Shown piece by piece: positions 40,801-53,564 of a stretch of DNA of 64,000 nt; within the stretch, counting starts at the first letter, position 1, and the number at the start of each line of letters is the position of its first letter. The DNA is from Adineta vaga. Its lineage: Eukaryota; Animalia; Rotifera. The DNA lies in NCBI GenBank assembly GCA_021613535.1, contig CP075493.1, positions 8,804,001-8,868,000 of the forward strand. The letters run 5' to 3'. The notes below the pieces were generated by a model. The model worked only from the letters and a program-made list of their open reading frames with translations, made no database searches and had not been told where the DNA came from. Both the position numbers and the translations under genes were made by a program.

Positions 40801-43800
40801 TCCCAAGAAAGTGTTTCTGCTTCAAACGCCTAATTTGAATTAATTTAAAAAAAGTATCAACTGAAAATAAAACAAATGAATTCAATTTCTTACCTTGAAA
40901 TACGGTGATAGTTTCATACTTAGTATATTACCAAGATTTTCTTTTGCTCGTGTAAATAGATCATCCCAACTTTTGATAACTTTACATTTTTTCTGATAAT
41001 CAATCAATTCCAATTGATATACTTTCCATTGTTCACTAATTTGTTTTAGAAATTCTTCTAAAGCTTTTTCACCTTGAGCACTGGTCATAATCTCACGTAA
41101 TTGATGTTCATTTTTCTTTAAATTATCGGCTTGTTCCCAAATATCTCTTAAAGTTATATCCGCCATATTATTCCATGTCATTGTTAGATCAAGTATTTTG
41201 ATCATTTCTTTCCAATGACGTTCTTTCAATGCTTCAGATTTCAATTCGTTAATGAATGGTATCATCTAAATTATATTAATTAAGAAAACTGATAAAAGAC
41301 GGAAAAATCACATACTTTAAGATAATTTTCTATGTTTGTTTTGACAGCATTGTACGAATGATAATTCTTCACAGATGAAACCATGGCAGTCATTGAGGTA
41401 AGTAATTCTTCGAGATTTGTCTTGAGTTTTTTCGGTTGTACAGTTAGCCATTGGATATCTTTCAATTCTTCTAATCGATTGCAAACATTTTCAAGAGATT
41501 TCCATACATTACGTATCTCTTCAAGTTCGGCAAGATCAGCACGTAATCGTTTCTCATAATGATCAACTTGACCTAAACAAAAATTATTGATAAGATAATC
41601 AATTGAACGGCTTCTTTAGTTTTCTTAGATTTATCAAATATATGATAATATTTTACCTGGTTCTTGCATTTTTACACTTTGTTTAGCTTTATTAAGTGTT
41701 GTTCGTTTTTCCAATTGTTCATTCAATTTAGATTCATAGGAAGCTAATTGTCGAATAGCATCACGAGGTTTCAAATCACCCTAAGAAGAAAATCAATGTC
41801 TTATCTAAATGAAATCTCTTTCATTTGTCTTTTTGTTTCTCCTACTCCGATCGGTTTTTTCGTTGACCAATCTTCTAAAAGTTCTTTTGTCTTTGTATCG
41901 ATAGTTTGTGCTTCAACTTTTACTTTTTCTTGAATTGTGTCCAACTACAAAATTATTATTTTGTTTTGGTTTTTGAATATCCAAAATATAAAAGAAAATG
42001 AACAAACTTTTGTATGAATCACTTGTTCTTTGCGTTTCAACATATCATTCATTGATATATATGAATTTTGTACCGTATCGATCGATACCCAATTGTCGGG
42101 AAATGAATAACGTTGCCGTTCAAGTAAACGTTGAGCTTCGAGTAATTGTTTGATTTTGACTTCATTTTCAACTTGATTTTCACGAACAGTTCCGATTGTA
42201 TCAATTAATTGAACACTATCTTCAAGACTGCCGGATTCAAGTGACTTAGTTTCAAGATTATTTCGATGCTAAATTAGAAGTAGATAAGAAAGTACTTATT
42301 GAAAATGAATGTTAGAAATACTTCGGATATATGTGCGTGAAAATCATGCGTAACTGTTTGAATGATTTGACCGAATTTTCGTAGAAGTTCTTGATGCCAA
42401 TTGTCATATTTAACACCGATTTTTGATTGAATTTTAGAAAAATCAATGATTAATGGACCAAATGACTTGTAAGTTTCATGAGATTCAAGTGTTTTACGAG
42501 ATTCCCTAGAATAGATGTTTAAGAATGTATCAATCTAATTGTGCTTTAGTCAGTTGATATCATGATTCCATACTTGATATCTTTTAAACATTCAAACCAC
42601 GATTGAATATTCGTGCCAAGCCGTTCAAATACAACATTGGGTTCTAAATCCCAAAGAACTTGATATTTAAGCCAACCCTAGAACAAGAAAATCTTACATA
42701 TATTCAATGAATATTATAAGAAAATGTTTTACTTGAAAATAAATTTCTGCTTCCGCAAGTAATTGTTCAATTGTATCATATGCTGCACCAATGGATATAT
42801 TGCTTTCTTCAGGAAATTTAATGAATATATCATTGTAAGTCAAATCTTCTTCTTCTGGTTCAATGTCTGCATTGACCTGAAGAAAACACATTTTTTCGGA
42901 TACATATCATATGTATAAGTGCATAGAAGATATTTACCTGATAACGACTATTCTTAATTCGTTTTTGTGAAGTAATAACTGAAAGGCAGAGAAGTAGATT
43001 TTTATGTATTGACGTCAATGAACAATATTATACCTGCTTGACAATCAAAAAATGAATTGAAAAGTTGTTCACGAGCTGATTCAAATGGTGGAACTAATAC
43101 TAACATTTGATTGACAATGCGAATTTCCAGAATAATTTTCTAGCAAAAAAATACGTTTATAAAATGAAAGAAGAAAATATCTCTTTGTTCGTCTATATAC
43201 AATAATTATTGCGTTGGACACAAAATTCAGTTAGAATATATTACCTTTAATCGCATTCGTTTTTTCTCTCTCAATTTGCCCTTTTCATGTCTAATCAATG
43301 CTTGTTTCCATAACAAAATTGCAGCTTGTAAACGATCAAATAATTTCCTCTCAATTTTTCCATCAATAGTTGCAATCCATTTCGGAAAATTTGAATAATC
43401 ATGTAAACAAAATTCATCCACGACTTTTTGTGTTTGTTCTAATAATTCAGCAAAAACATCGATTTCATACGAACATTTGTCCAAATCATTGATCGATGTA
43501 AACATTAAATTATCCAAACGAATAATTTCATCTACCTAAACAAAATCGATATATGATATAAAACAAAAAAAGCTTGCTGTTTCTTTTGTTCACATACATT
43601 TTCGTTATATTTTGTAAATGCTTCAATACAACGTTGAACGTAGGGTTCTAATTTATACGATTCCCAAGTTAATTTTGTTCCTTCAACGATTAGATTTTGA
43701 ATATCTCTTTTCATACTACCAACTAAATAATCTTGTCCATGATCAACATTGATCTATGAAAGAATCAGTAAGTATCTTTGATGAAACAAACGATTTTATT

Positions 43801-46582
43801 GTTTACTTTTGAATTTGATAACTCATATGCACGAACATTTTCAAGTAAACCAACAGCATATGGATACAATTGATTTGCTTGATGAGCTTTATTGACCAGT
43901 GGTAAGGGTACACGATAACCTAGCCATTTTAAATTTCGTACCTATAAAAATGTCAGTAAAATCAAATGAAAAGAACAAAAACCTACTTCTTTCGTTAATA
44001 TGATGATTTCTGGTGTAAAATTTACTTTCAGCCGAAGTACAGTTCCTTTAGCAACTCGAATAGTTTCGAGACTGAAAATGAAACCGGTAACAGTCATGCT
44101 TTTTTTTGAAACCTATGGAACAAACGAAACAATAGTACAAATCAAATTAGAATCAAAACCTTTTCAAGCCAATCTTCAAAAATTGGTGCTGTATTCAATC
44201 GTTGTTTAAAACTGTCTCCTTCAAATTTCAATCGTTGTCCATCAACATGTTGTTCCCATCCTGTTCCAAGTACATCTTCGACACGTTTTAAATATCTCAC
44301 CAATTGTTTTTCAATTTGTTTTGCCCATATAATTGATCCAGTTGAAATCGGTATATCGACCGTAATTCGACTCATTTTCATTGCTTTACTTGCAGAATAT
44401 TTTGCTTTGAATTTTTCATGTAATTGATCAATATCAATCTTAACACGTTGAATTAATTGTGTTTGATATTCTCGAATAGCATTTCGTATATGTTGTCGAA
44501 TTAATAGATCATGAAAACGAGCAAAAATTTGAAACATTTCATTGGCATTTCGAGCTTTCCCTAGTTGTTCTCGAAGACGTGCTGTTATACGTCGTTCAAC
44601 TTTTTCGATACGTTCTTCATAGATTTTCATTGTATCATTCCAAATTTGTGTACCTTCAGGAGAACATTCAAGAATATCGATATGTTTTAAACTTTCAAAT
44701 GCTTGATGAATTTCTTGAACAGCATTTGAATCAGATTGATCAACAATTTGAACGGCTCCTGGCGAAGATTCGACAACAGGTTGTTTAGATAAAAGACGTT
44801 CGATTACCGAACGAAATTGTTCATGTTGACGACGAAATTGTTTCACTTGTTCTAAACGTAATTGTAATTTTTTATGTTCAGGAGTGATTTTCCATGCTTG
44901 TTTAAGTTGTTGAGCATTAGCAGCATTCTTTTTAGTCATATCTCGAAGTAATCCTTGAAATTTTTCATATTCTTCATCCTAAAATCAATCAATCTCATAC
45001 CTACATTTATATTCAATGTATCCTACCCATAATGAAAAAATTTCCATACATTCATTCAATATTTGATCAAAATTACTAATTGGAATTTCAATAAAATGTG
45101 TTGTTGAGAGAATCTAAATAAAAATTAAAAAGTTTTGTTTTAGTATTGTACTTGAAATTCGATTTACTTTGGTCATTTGAATGTTGAGATCTCGTGAAAT
45201 TGCTTCAATTAAACGTAGAATTCGATTGACAGGATATCGTGTATTTCGAACACGTTTGAGATGATTAAAAATAACTGTAATCGAATTTTTTATCTTGGAC
45301 AAATCATTTGCTGATAAAAGATCATGCATAGGAAAATCTTTCATTAATATATTGTAATTCTTCACTTTATCCATTGCTTCTTTCAAGCCAGTATCCGAAT
45401 CAAAACTAATAGTTGCATGAAAACGTTTGCCAAGTTTTAAAGCATCCAGTGTTAATAAAACTTCTGGACTACTCATTTGTTCTTGTATTTTATAGATTGC
45501 ACGTTCAATATTTAACCAAAAGGTGATTTCTTGCATGGCAGAACCAGTGGATGGATCACGTTCCAATTTCGTTACCTAAAAGAATCAAATATGTGACAGA
45601 CACATTTTAATTGATGCATGATATTATACTTTTTGAATCTCTCGAATCCATCGATTAACAGTAGCTTGTAATTGATTGAGAAAATTTGAATCTTCGACTT
45701 TCTCACGAAAGAAATCAACGTTTGGTCGTTGATTTTTTTCCTGACATTGTCGAATTACTTGAGCAATGGATGCATGCGGAATAAGAATCACATCAGGAAT
45801 GCTCACTGTTTGATTCATTTGTAAGAGATTTGCTTCTAATTCATTGAGTTTTTCTTCCAAAACAACAATGGATTTTTCTCGATCTCTATAGAAGAAAAAA
45901 TTGAGGTGAACAATTTAAATGAACTTCAATACAAACCGTTCTTTTTGCTGTCGAAGAAAACTTTTTAGGTATGGTGTCATTGCTTGCGAAAGAAATGTTC
46001 GAAAAACTTCTGCTGGTGCACGATTAGTAAATGTAGCTAAATGAATTTGTTGAGATATTTTCTTGTCCATGTCGATTGTTGGCGTAATTTTTATTAATGC
46101 TATACTAGAATGATCAATCGAATATCCTTAAGTATAGAATATAGCTAAGTCTTCTTATGTACCTTATTCCTTTTTGTGCTGCATAAGTTGTTTCAGTTGA
46201 GAATTCAAATTGAATAGAATTACTACCATTAGTTTCAGTCCCATCAACAGCGTCGTGCTCATCATCTTTTAGTTCAAATAGTAAGAGAAATATCTGAATG
46301 AAAATATTTACCTTTGCCTTGTTGAATAATTCGAATGAAAAACACAATACATTGTGGATCAGTTAAAAATCGCTTAATTCCATCAATAGCTGTCGGTTTT
46401 TCTTCTAAAGCTCGCTTAAATTCTTCAGCTTCATTCGTTAAATTTAAATCAGCAGCTAACGGAACTACACGATTTAAATACGAAGTAAACTGTTGGATTT
46501 CAGCAGATGATCCCGCAGTCGACTGATGTTTTGCTGATGAGCCTTGTATACTGCTATTCGTATTAGTCTCCTCGGTTAACAT
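28862..46582 (-). CDS. DYNC1H1: Cytoplasmic dynein 1 heavy chain, many exons
   Basis: Tail [21 protein letters not shown]; AAA1 GPAGTGKT and [21 protein letters not shown]; AAA2 GPTSCGKT; AAA3 GPPGSGKT; AAA4 GLSGTGKA; stalk [18 protein letters not shown]; C-terminus FYERGVAVL. Confidence 0.97.
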
Positions 46583-47346
46583 TTTTTATAGAAAACAAAA
46601 CTCGTTGCTATGCCTAAAGTGCAAGAGAAACGATTGTAATGGAAAAACGGTTTTTGTTGTGTTATATTAGAATATAAAACGGCAACGTGCACAGCTGTAA
46701 CCCACATTGAAAGCATTTCGATCGATAGAATTTGGCAACAGCAGGTTTGTTTTAACAAGTAAACATATATTTATATACGTCAAGGAAAAGATTCAAAATA
46801 GATTATGAAGTATAAAATATTTTTCGTACAACAAAGAAAATATTCTATTGAAATTCTCTTCGATAATCATTGTCGGTTTATCGATATCGATTGGGTTTTC
46901 ATAATTATTTATGTATTTGGATTTTTGGTTTTTTTTTATTAAGAATAAAGAAATGAAAAAAGACAGAGAAACGTACAGTAGTTTTATATACTATATACAA
47001 AATAGAAAAAGAGGGAAGTCGTAAATACACAGAAAGAAAAAAGAAGAAGGAATAATCGAGGCAGCAAATCAGTGACTAGAGATCGAATGACTTCGATCGA
47101 TTATCTTTTCACTGTTCGCTAGAATTGTCTGTCATTTTTCATTTTATACATAAGAGGTTCTAATATAAATCGACACGTATAAGACTAGACATCATACATG
47201 CACGAAACCGGGACGAAGAAAAAAAAGTAGTATACGAATATAACTAGGAGTTTTTCATATGAAAAAGAAAATGAACACGGAAGCCAACGAGAAGAACTTT
47301 AAACAACCTGAGATGAAAATACATCAAACATATACATATGTCAAAA

Positions 47347-50300
47347 TTAATCGGTTGAATCGCCCGTATCCGGAAATGGGATCATATTTTCAATAGAATG
47401 ATTGGTTTGTAACGGTCGTACAACTGTACTACTACATGTCGATGAACTTAATGAATCAGTTGTATCACAATTACCAACTAAACACAAATATGATTGATAA
47501 TTTCTTTGAGTAAATGAAATAAAAGTTTTAATATACAAACCATTCTTCAATGGCAAATCCATGATAGCATCTGCCAATTTTTCTACTAATTCTACTTCAA
47601 AATCAGATTTCAAACTATCTAATGAACTTCCATAGATACTAAGTGATGGTGCATCCTATAATCACCAGGAAATATTATTGAAGAAAAATGTATAGATCAA
47701 ATTTTCTTACTTGGTAACTACCCGAACCAACTTCAATATAAGCTGGAGCAGTATCTTTATGCATGTTTGGTACACGCAATGGACTAGATGTTGTTCGTTG
47801 TGTTCTAAAATATATTGAATTACAAATAAACTGAACGAAGACTTCATGACTTACTCTAAACTTTGTAAATCAGCTTCAACTACATTCATGGATGTTTGTG
47901 GAGAATCAGCTGTGAAAACATTTGAATCGGGATGACAAATACTAATTGTTGCTTCTGAATAGTGTTTAAATTGAAATTGTGGACCCATCCATAGACGACG
48001 ATGAGGACCAACATGAGTAGTCATTTCAATCTACAAAAGAAATATTTCTTTGAAAAGTCTTCTTTCAACCGTTTCTAGTTTCTACTTGACGAAGCCAGTC
48101 ATCTTTTGAATGAACTCGATTGATAGATGTTAGTCGATGTCCTTGAGATAAAAATGAATAGCCTACGGACATACGAATATCTGGCCATGTTGTTAGTCTA
48201 GAATAAGAGAATTATAATTCAATAATTCAATATTAAATCACATTACTTCTGAAGGGGCCATTGTGCCTTTGGAGTGGCTTTTACTATCAATGGTGTTTCT
48301 GATGTTACGCGAGTGCCATGTTTACTAGTATCTAAACGATATCAACTTGAAAAAAAAAGAAATATTTATGATTAAATAAAATTACCAGGTAATGGTTCGA
48401 GTACATATTCAATTAATCGTCCATGCCAACTAATAATAAATAATGAACTGCATGCTTTTAGTGTATGTTCTTGATGATCAATCATATCTTCTGGATTGAG
48501 AAATCCACGTGATATTCCAAATGTTGCTGCTAAACATATGGAATCAATGTTAAATGGTGCACTAAGACCACTAACAAAACTATCTGTTGGCTGTCGAATT
48601 ATTGCTACTGCTGTTGAAAAGATACACTCATTATTTATTCTTTTTGTACGTGTAGAATTGAAATAGTTTGTATTCGGATTATTCACTAGATTAGTTGATG
48701 TATTTGTTAATGTATTTGTTGGCGAAATTTTTGTAACATTATCATTAGTCGTATGATTGGATGGACGCGTTAGCTGCTCATCGAATCCAGTCGTACGTTG
48801 ATGACGATGCAGTTTATTGACAACATGAGTTTTTGTATGTGTACGAACATTTACTAAACCTTAAATGAAAAAAATTGATTCGTAAATAAATGGTAGAATA
48901 CAATGATAGCAAAAATATTCTTACCTCCATATGGATTAATACCAAATAGATGTGTTGTACCACGTTTGGTTGATACAGCAAGCCATCGACTATCCGTAGT
49001 AAATGTCATATGTGAAACTATTAAGGATAGAAAGATGTTGTAATTATATCCATTCTATATGTTTAATAAATAATGCAAATCTTTTTTACCTCTACAATCA
49101 GTATCGCCTCGAAATAGAGTATATAAATGTTTGATATATGTTCGAGTACAACGATAAGGTGATGCTTGAATTTCTAAGACATTAAAATAATGTCCACTAC
49201 TATCACACGTAACAAGTAAATGTCCACTTGGATTGAATTGTAAATGACCAATCGGTTCTGTATGTGCTTGAAAATGTGCAATAATCCAATTTTGTCTTTC
49301 ATCATGCATTGATGACTACACGAGAGAAAAGAAATAGTCATATCAACATCAAATGTATATTAGAATTTTCTTCTTACTCCAAATAATTTAACTGTATCGA
49401 TGATTGTAACAATACCCGGCTGTGGTTCATCTTTACCTGATCCATGTCGATGTCTCGTTGAATTCGTATTACTATTTGTTGAAATTGATTGTTGTTGGTT
49501 TGATGTTTTTTCATTTCCAATTGTATTATTGACTTGAACATTATTATTACCATATCCAAGAACACTTTCACCAATTTTCACTACGCTTTTCGATAAAGAT
49601 TTAGCTGCATTTAACATTGCACCTGTATATGAAGCATGTTGTTCAGATATCGTTCCATTGATATCACCTGATGATTGATGAATCATACAGAGACGATAAT
49701 CAACAAATGCTAACCATCGTGTTGATAATGTATAAGGTACCGAGGAATAACAAGTTGATATGGAAAATTTTTCATCAAATTTCAAAGAATCATAACCAAT
49801 AATAAATGTGTGCGTTGCACAAATCAATACTGATTTATTTGATTCAATCCATAGCGGTTCACTTTGTGTACCAATTCCAGGTAGATTGATAATTTTCAAA
49901 GCTTGTTGATCATTTTTTAAAGAACGAATATGTATTGATGGTGGACCAGCTGATTTTGCAAATGCAAATAGAGGACGTTGAGAGAGGTAAGGATCATCTT
50001 GAGAAGAACTGCTAACTAATAAACATACAGAAGTTAAATTATGTTCTCGTATAGAAAATAATTCATTTGCTATTCCATTCGTTTCAATTGTCCATAATGC
50101 TAAACCACTTTTATATGCAATCAATAAAACAAGAGTATCAACACGTATAGAAGGATGCCATTCATGTGCATTAGAAAGAAATCGTATCCATTCAATTGGT
50201 TCTAATTGATCAGTATTTGACGGACGGGAGGATATTGCATAAGCCTAAAAAGAAAACAATTCAAGGAAACTTTATTTTGCTAGAAATCATTGAAAATGAG

Positions 50301-50483
50301 ACGAACTTGAGGAACTTTATCTACGACATCATGGAACAAGTCAACAGCTGATTCCAAAACACTTTTTTCACTAGAATAAAAGGATGATTCTATTAAAATC
50401 AATTACAGTTCTTAATAAAAAGTTATTTACTTGACTATTTCAGGACGAATTTTTCTTAATTCAATGGATGAAACATAGGACAT
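47347..50483 (-). CDS. BCAS3: BCAS3/rudhira WD40 autophagy and microtubule-associated protein, multi-exon
   Basis: [86 protein letters not shown]; junctions in frame. Confidence 0.93.
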
Positions 50484-51280
50484 TCAGGCAGTTAGTTTTA
50501 ATACAAAAAAAATAAATAAATAAAATTCTAAAATATCAAATGAATAATGCAAAACAAAATGTCGCAGTTTATAAACAGAAAAATAATTATCACCAAGATG
50601 ACGACAACAATCAAACTAGAATGAAATCAGCTGACACTTACAAACTAAAAATATAGCGATGAGTCATACGTAACCATAAAATAATAACAACAACGAACGA
50701 ACGAACGAGAATACAAAGATGTCCAACCAATCGGTTAGCGCTCCGTAATCTATCTATCTATTGCCCGTATATAATCAATACCTAGAAGTCTAATAGATGG
50801 CGTTGCATGACATTTACCAATACAGAATGATTCTATGTTTCTTATATTCTCGATAAGATTGTTGCTTTCCTTAATTATACAAGCGAAAGTAATTCAATAT
50901 GTTACTTTACCGATATATGGCATATGTTTATTTGATATAGTGACATGACTTGTACATTAGTACTTTGTTATGGATAACAACATTGATATACACAAAAGCA
51001 TTTTAGTGTTTCATAACATAGTCTAGCTGATTAACATTCATAGAGAGTATAAAAATTCAAACAGTTCAATAATTCTTTTGAAGTCGGTTTAAATGATGGA
51101 TGAGTGCATGTGATCTATAATTTTGCTAGTGCAAAAATAAACGAATAAGTATCAAGTCATTCCACACAGGAGTGTTTCATAGGCAATCAACAGATTTGAA
51201 TTATTAAATTAATCATTATTGTCCAGACTTTATATAGAGAATATTATCGTGAGAAAATAATTCGAAAAAGATATTTATTA

Positions 51281-51722
51281 TTAAACAGTTTCAGTAGGTG
51301 TCTCTATAGCACCCAATACTCTTTCTGCAGCATCAGCAATATCATTAGGGCCAGTAACGAATATAAGTTTTGCTTTTGGTGCATGTTCATGAACAAGATT
51401 AACAATACGATTAAACCAATGAAGAGTCGTTACTTCTTTTTCAAAAGCGTCATCGAATCCATTGATACCACCACCTGAAAAGAATGATCACCTTATCACT
51501 GACAAAAGAATAAGATATTAACTCACCAACGGAAACACCGTCCCATTCATCACTTTTGAGAATTTCAATAAACTTATCATCACTCGCTTTATCATTTTGG
51601 AGTGCGATAACTTTAGCATTTGGGAAGTTCAATTCGCGCATATATTTTTCTGCTTTTTCTGCTGTTTCTGCTCCTCGTCCTATACCAAGTATTTTCCAAG
51701 AATGTCCCTTTGAACCAGGCAT
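51281..51722 (-). CDS. Small hypothetical protein (129 aa, 2 exons) resembling a bacterial/fungal hypothetical family; HGT candidate
   Basis: Exons 51527-51722 and 51281-51474, 52-nt GTGAGT..CAG intron, AATAAA right after the stop; sequence WDGVSVGGGING..WFNRIVNLVHEHAPKAKLIFVTGPNDIADAAERVL. Confidence 0.8.
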
Positions 51723-52686
51723 ACTCTATAAACTTATTGTCTTGTGTATAGATACTGTTGATTGAAATAATAGATTTTGATAAAAAAAAACCTACAATGA
51801 TAGCTGAAAATGAAAAATGATGGAGTATTTATGTTCTAAGGTTAATGAGTAGAGTAGGGTGGTGTAAGTAGTAAAAATCAAAATAACAAGATGTGGTTGG
51901 TTAATCTCCATTTTTCAATAGACTAATAAAAACTGAGTAATATAGATTTCGATAGAATTCATGAAGTTTTCATAATTCACTATCGCATACATATAAATAT
52001 TGTTCGAAGATGGGAGAATACAGTCAGTTCATGAAAAGCTCAAGAAGATTTTTATATGACAATCAAGTAGAGAAAATAAATAGTGTGTTCATCTTTTTTA
52101 GAATTAGTAAGTTGCTCTGTGCATCTACTCATATTCTAACTTCATATTGGATAGAGGTTTTACAGAAAGAATATTTAATTCGATAGTTAATATCGTCACT
52201 ATAGTTTCTTGTTGATCTTTAGCAAACTTTGTAATTCCTTCACTTGTAAAGTTATAGTCAAATGTTGCTCAGAGAAAAGTTTTCATTAGACATGTTTAGT
52301 GAGAAAATCTCACTATTAGGCAATTGTCAGAAATCATACAATTAAAATTTTTGTCTATAGAAAACCAATGGATCAGCGAGTGAATCCGTTTGGTATTTGT
52401 TTATTATAATGAATTTTTATTCTTTTACCTCTTACATGCATGATCTTGACGACTATCAAAACCGCGGATGTATATCTGAATGTAATTTGTAACTTTGATT
52501 CATATCTATACTTGCTCTCAAGATAATAGACTTACGTATATGTGTCTCTTCCACTTTTAAAAATGCAACCATAGCCACTATAAATTTTACAATTGCTGCA
52601 ATGATTCATCAATCGAATTTAAAGATCCATACAGAACAGAGAAAAGAAAGGGACTATTCTTAAAAGAATAATAGATCGAATCGAAG

Positions 52687-53507
52687 ATGACTGATTCATT
52701 AAGAAATTTTCGTTCGATATGCAAGAAAATCATTTGTATCGGTCGTAATTACAGGTAAGACGTATTTTTTTCTAATTAAAAAAAAAGTTTTTTCATCTAA
52801 TTCTACTTCAGTGAACATGCAAGTGAACTGGGGAATGTAATTGACTTTCATTTGTTTTTCAGTTTATTACAATATGTTTTCTTTTAGGCTGTTCCAAGTA
52901 AACCGATAATCTTTATGAAACCACCGAGTGCTTTTGTTACTGAACCAAATGATATTCAAGTACGTTCCAGCATTTACTAAGATCACTTTATTTTAAACTG
53001 TTTGAAAATTAGATTCCTTCAGAATGGAATGAACTGCATCATGAAGTTGAATTAGGTGTGATTATTGATAAAAAATGTCAAAATGTTTCAAAAGAAGAAG
53101 CAGAAGAGAATATTGGTGGATATTGTTTAGCATTAGATATGACAGAAAGAACAATTCAGAATGAATTAAAAAAACAAGGTCATCCATGGTTACTTGCCAA
53201 AGGTTTTGATACATCTTGTCCTTGCGGAGATTTTATTGAGAAAAGCAAAATAAATCTTTCATCATCCGTTGATTTATGGTTGAATGTCAATGGAAATAGA
53301 AAACAAAATGGTCATACAAGTGAGATGATCTTTTCAGTACCAGATTTAATTGTTTATATTTCAAAATATATAACACTTGAACACGGAGATTTAATTCTAA
53401 CCGGTACACCAGCTGGTGTTGGTCCTGTCAAACGAGGTGATCAAATTCAAGCAGGAATAAATGGAGAAAATGATTTAAAATATTCGATGAAATTTAATGT
53501 TGTTTAA
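52687..53507 (+). CDS. FAHD1: Fumarylacetoacetate hydrolase domain protein 1 (acylpyruvase/oxaloacetate decarboxylase), 4 exons
   Basis: KKIICIGRNYSEHASELGN, FMKPPS, LHHEVELGVII, GYCLALDMTER, AKGFDTSCP, GDLILTGTPAGVGPV. Confidence 0.95.
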
Positions 53508-53564
53508 CATTTGCTCTTTTGATGATTATTGATTGACACAAAATGATTGCTTTGATTTTTAGAT

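Noticed and set aside
52298-52314. Small palindrome AGTGAGA-AAA-TCTCACT and the intergenic DNA around it as a MITE
   Set aside because: No terminal inverted repeats, target-site duplication or second copy visible.
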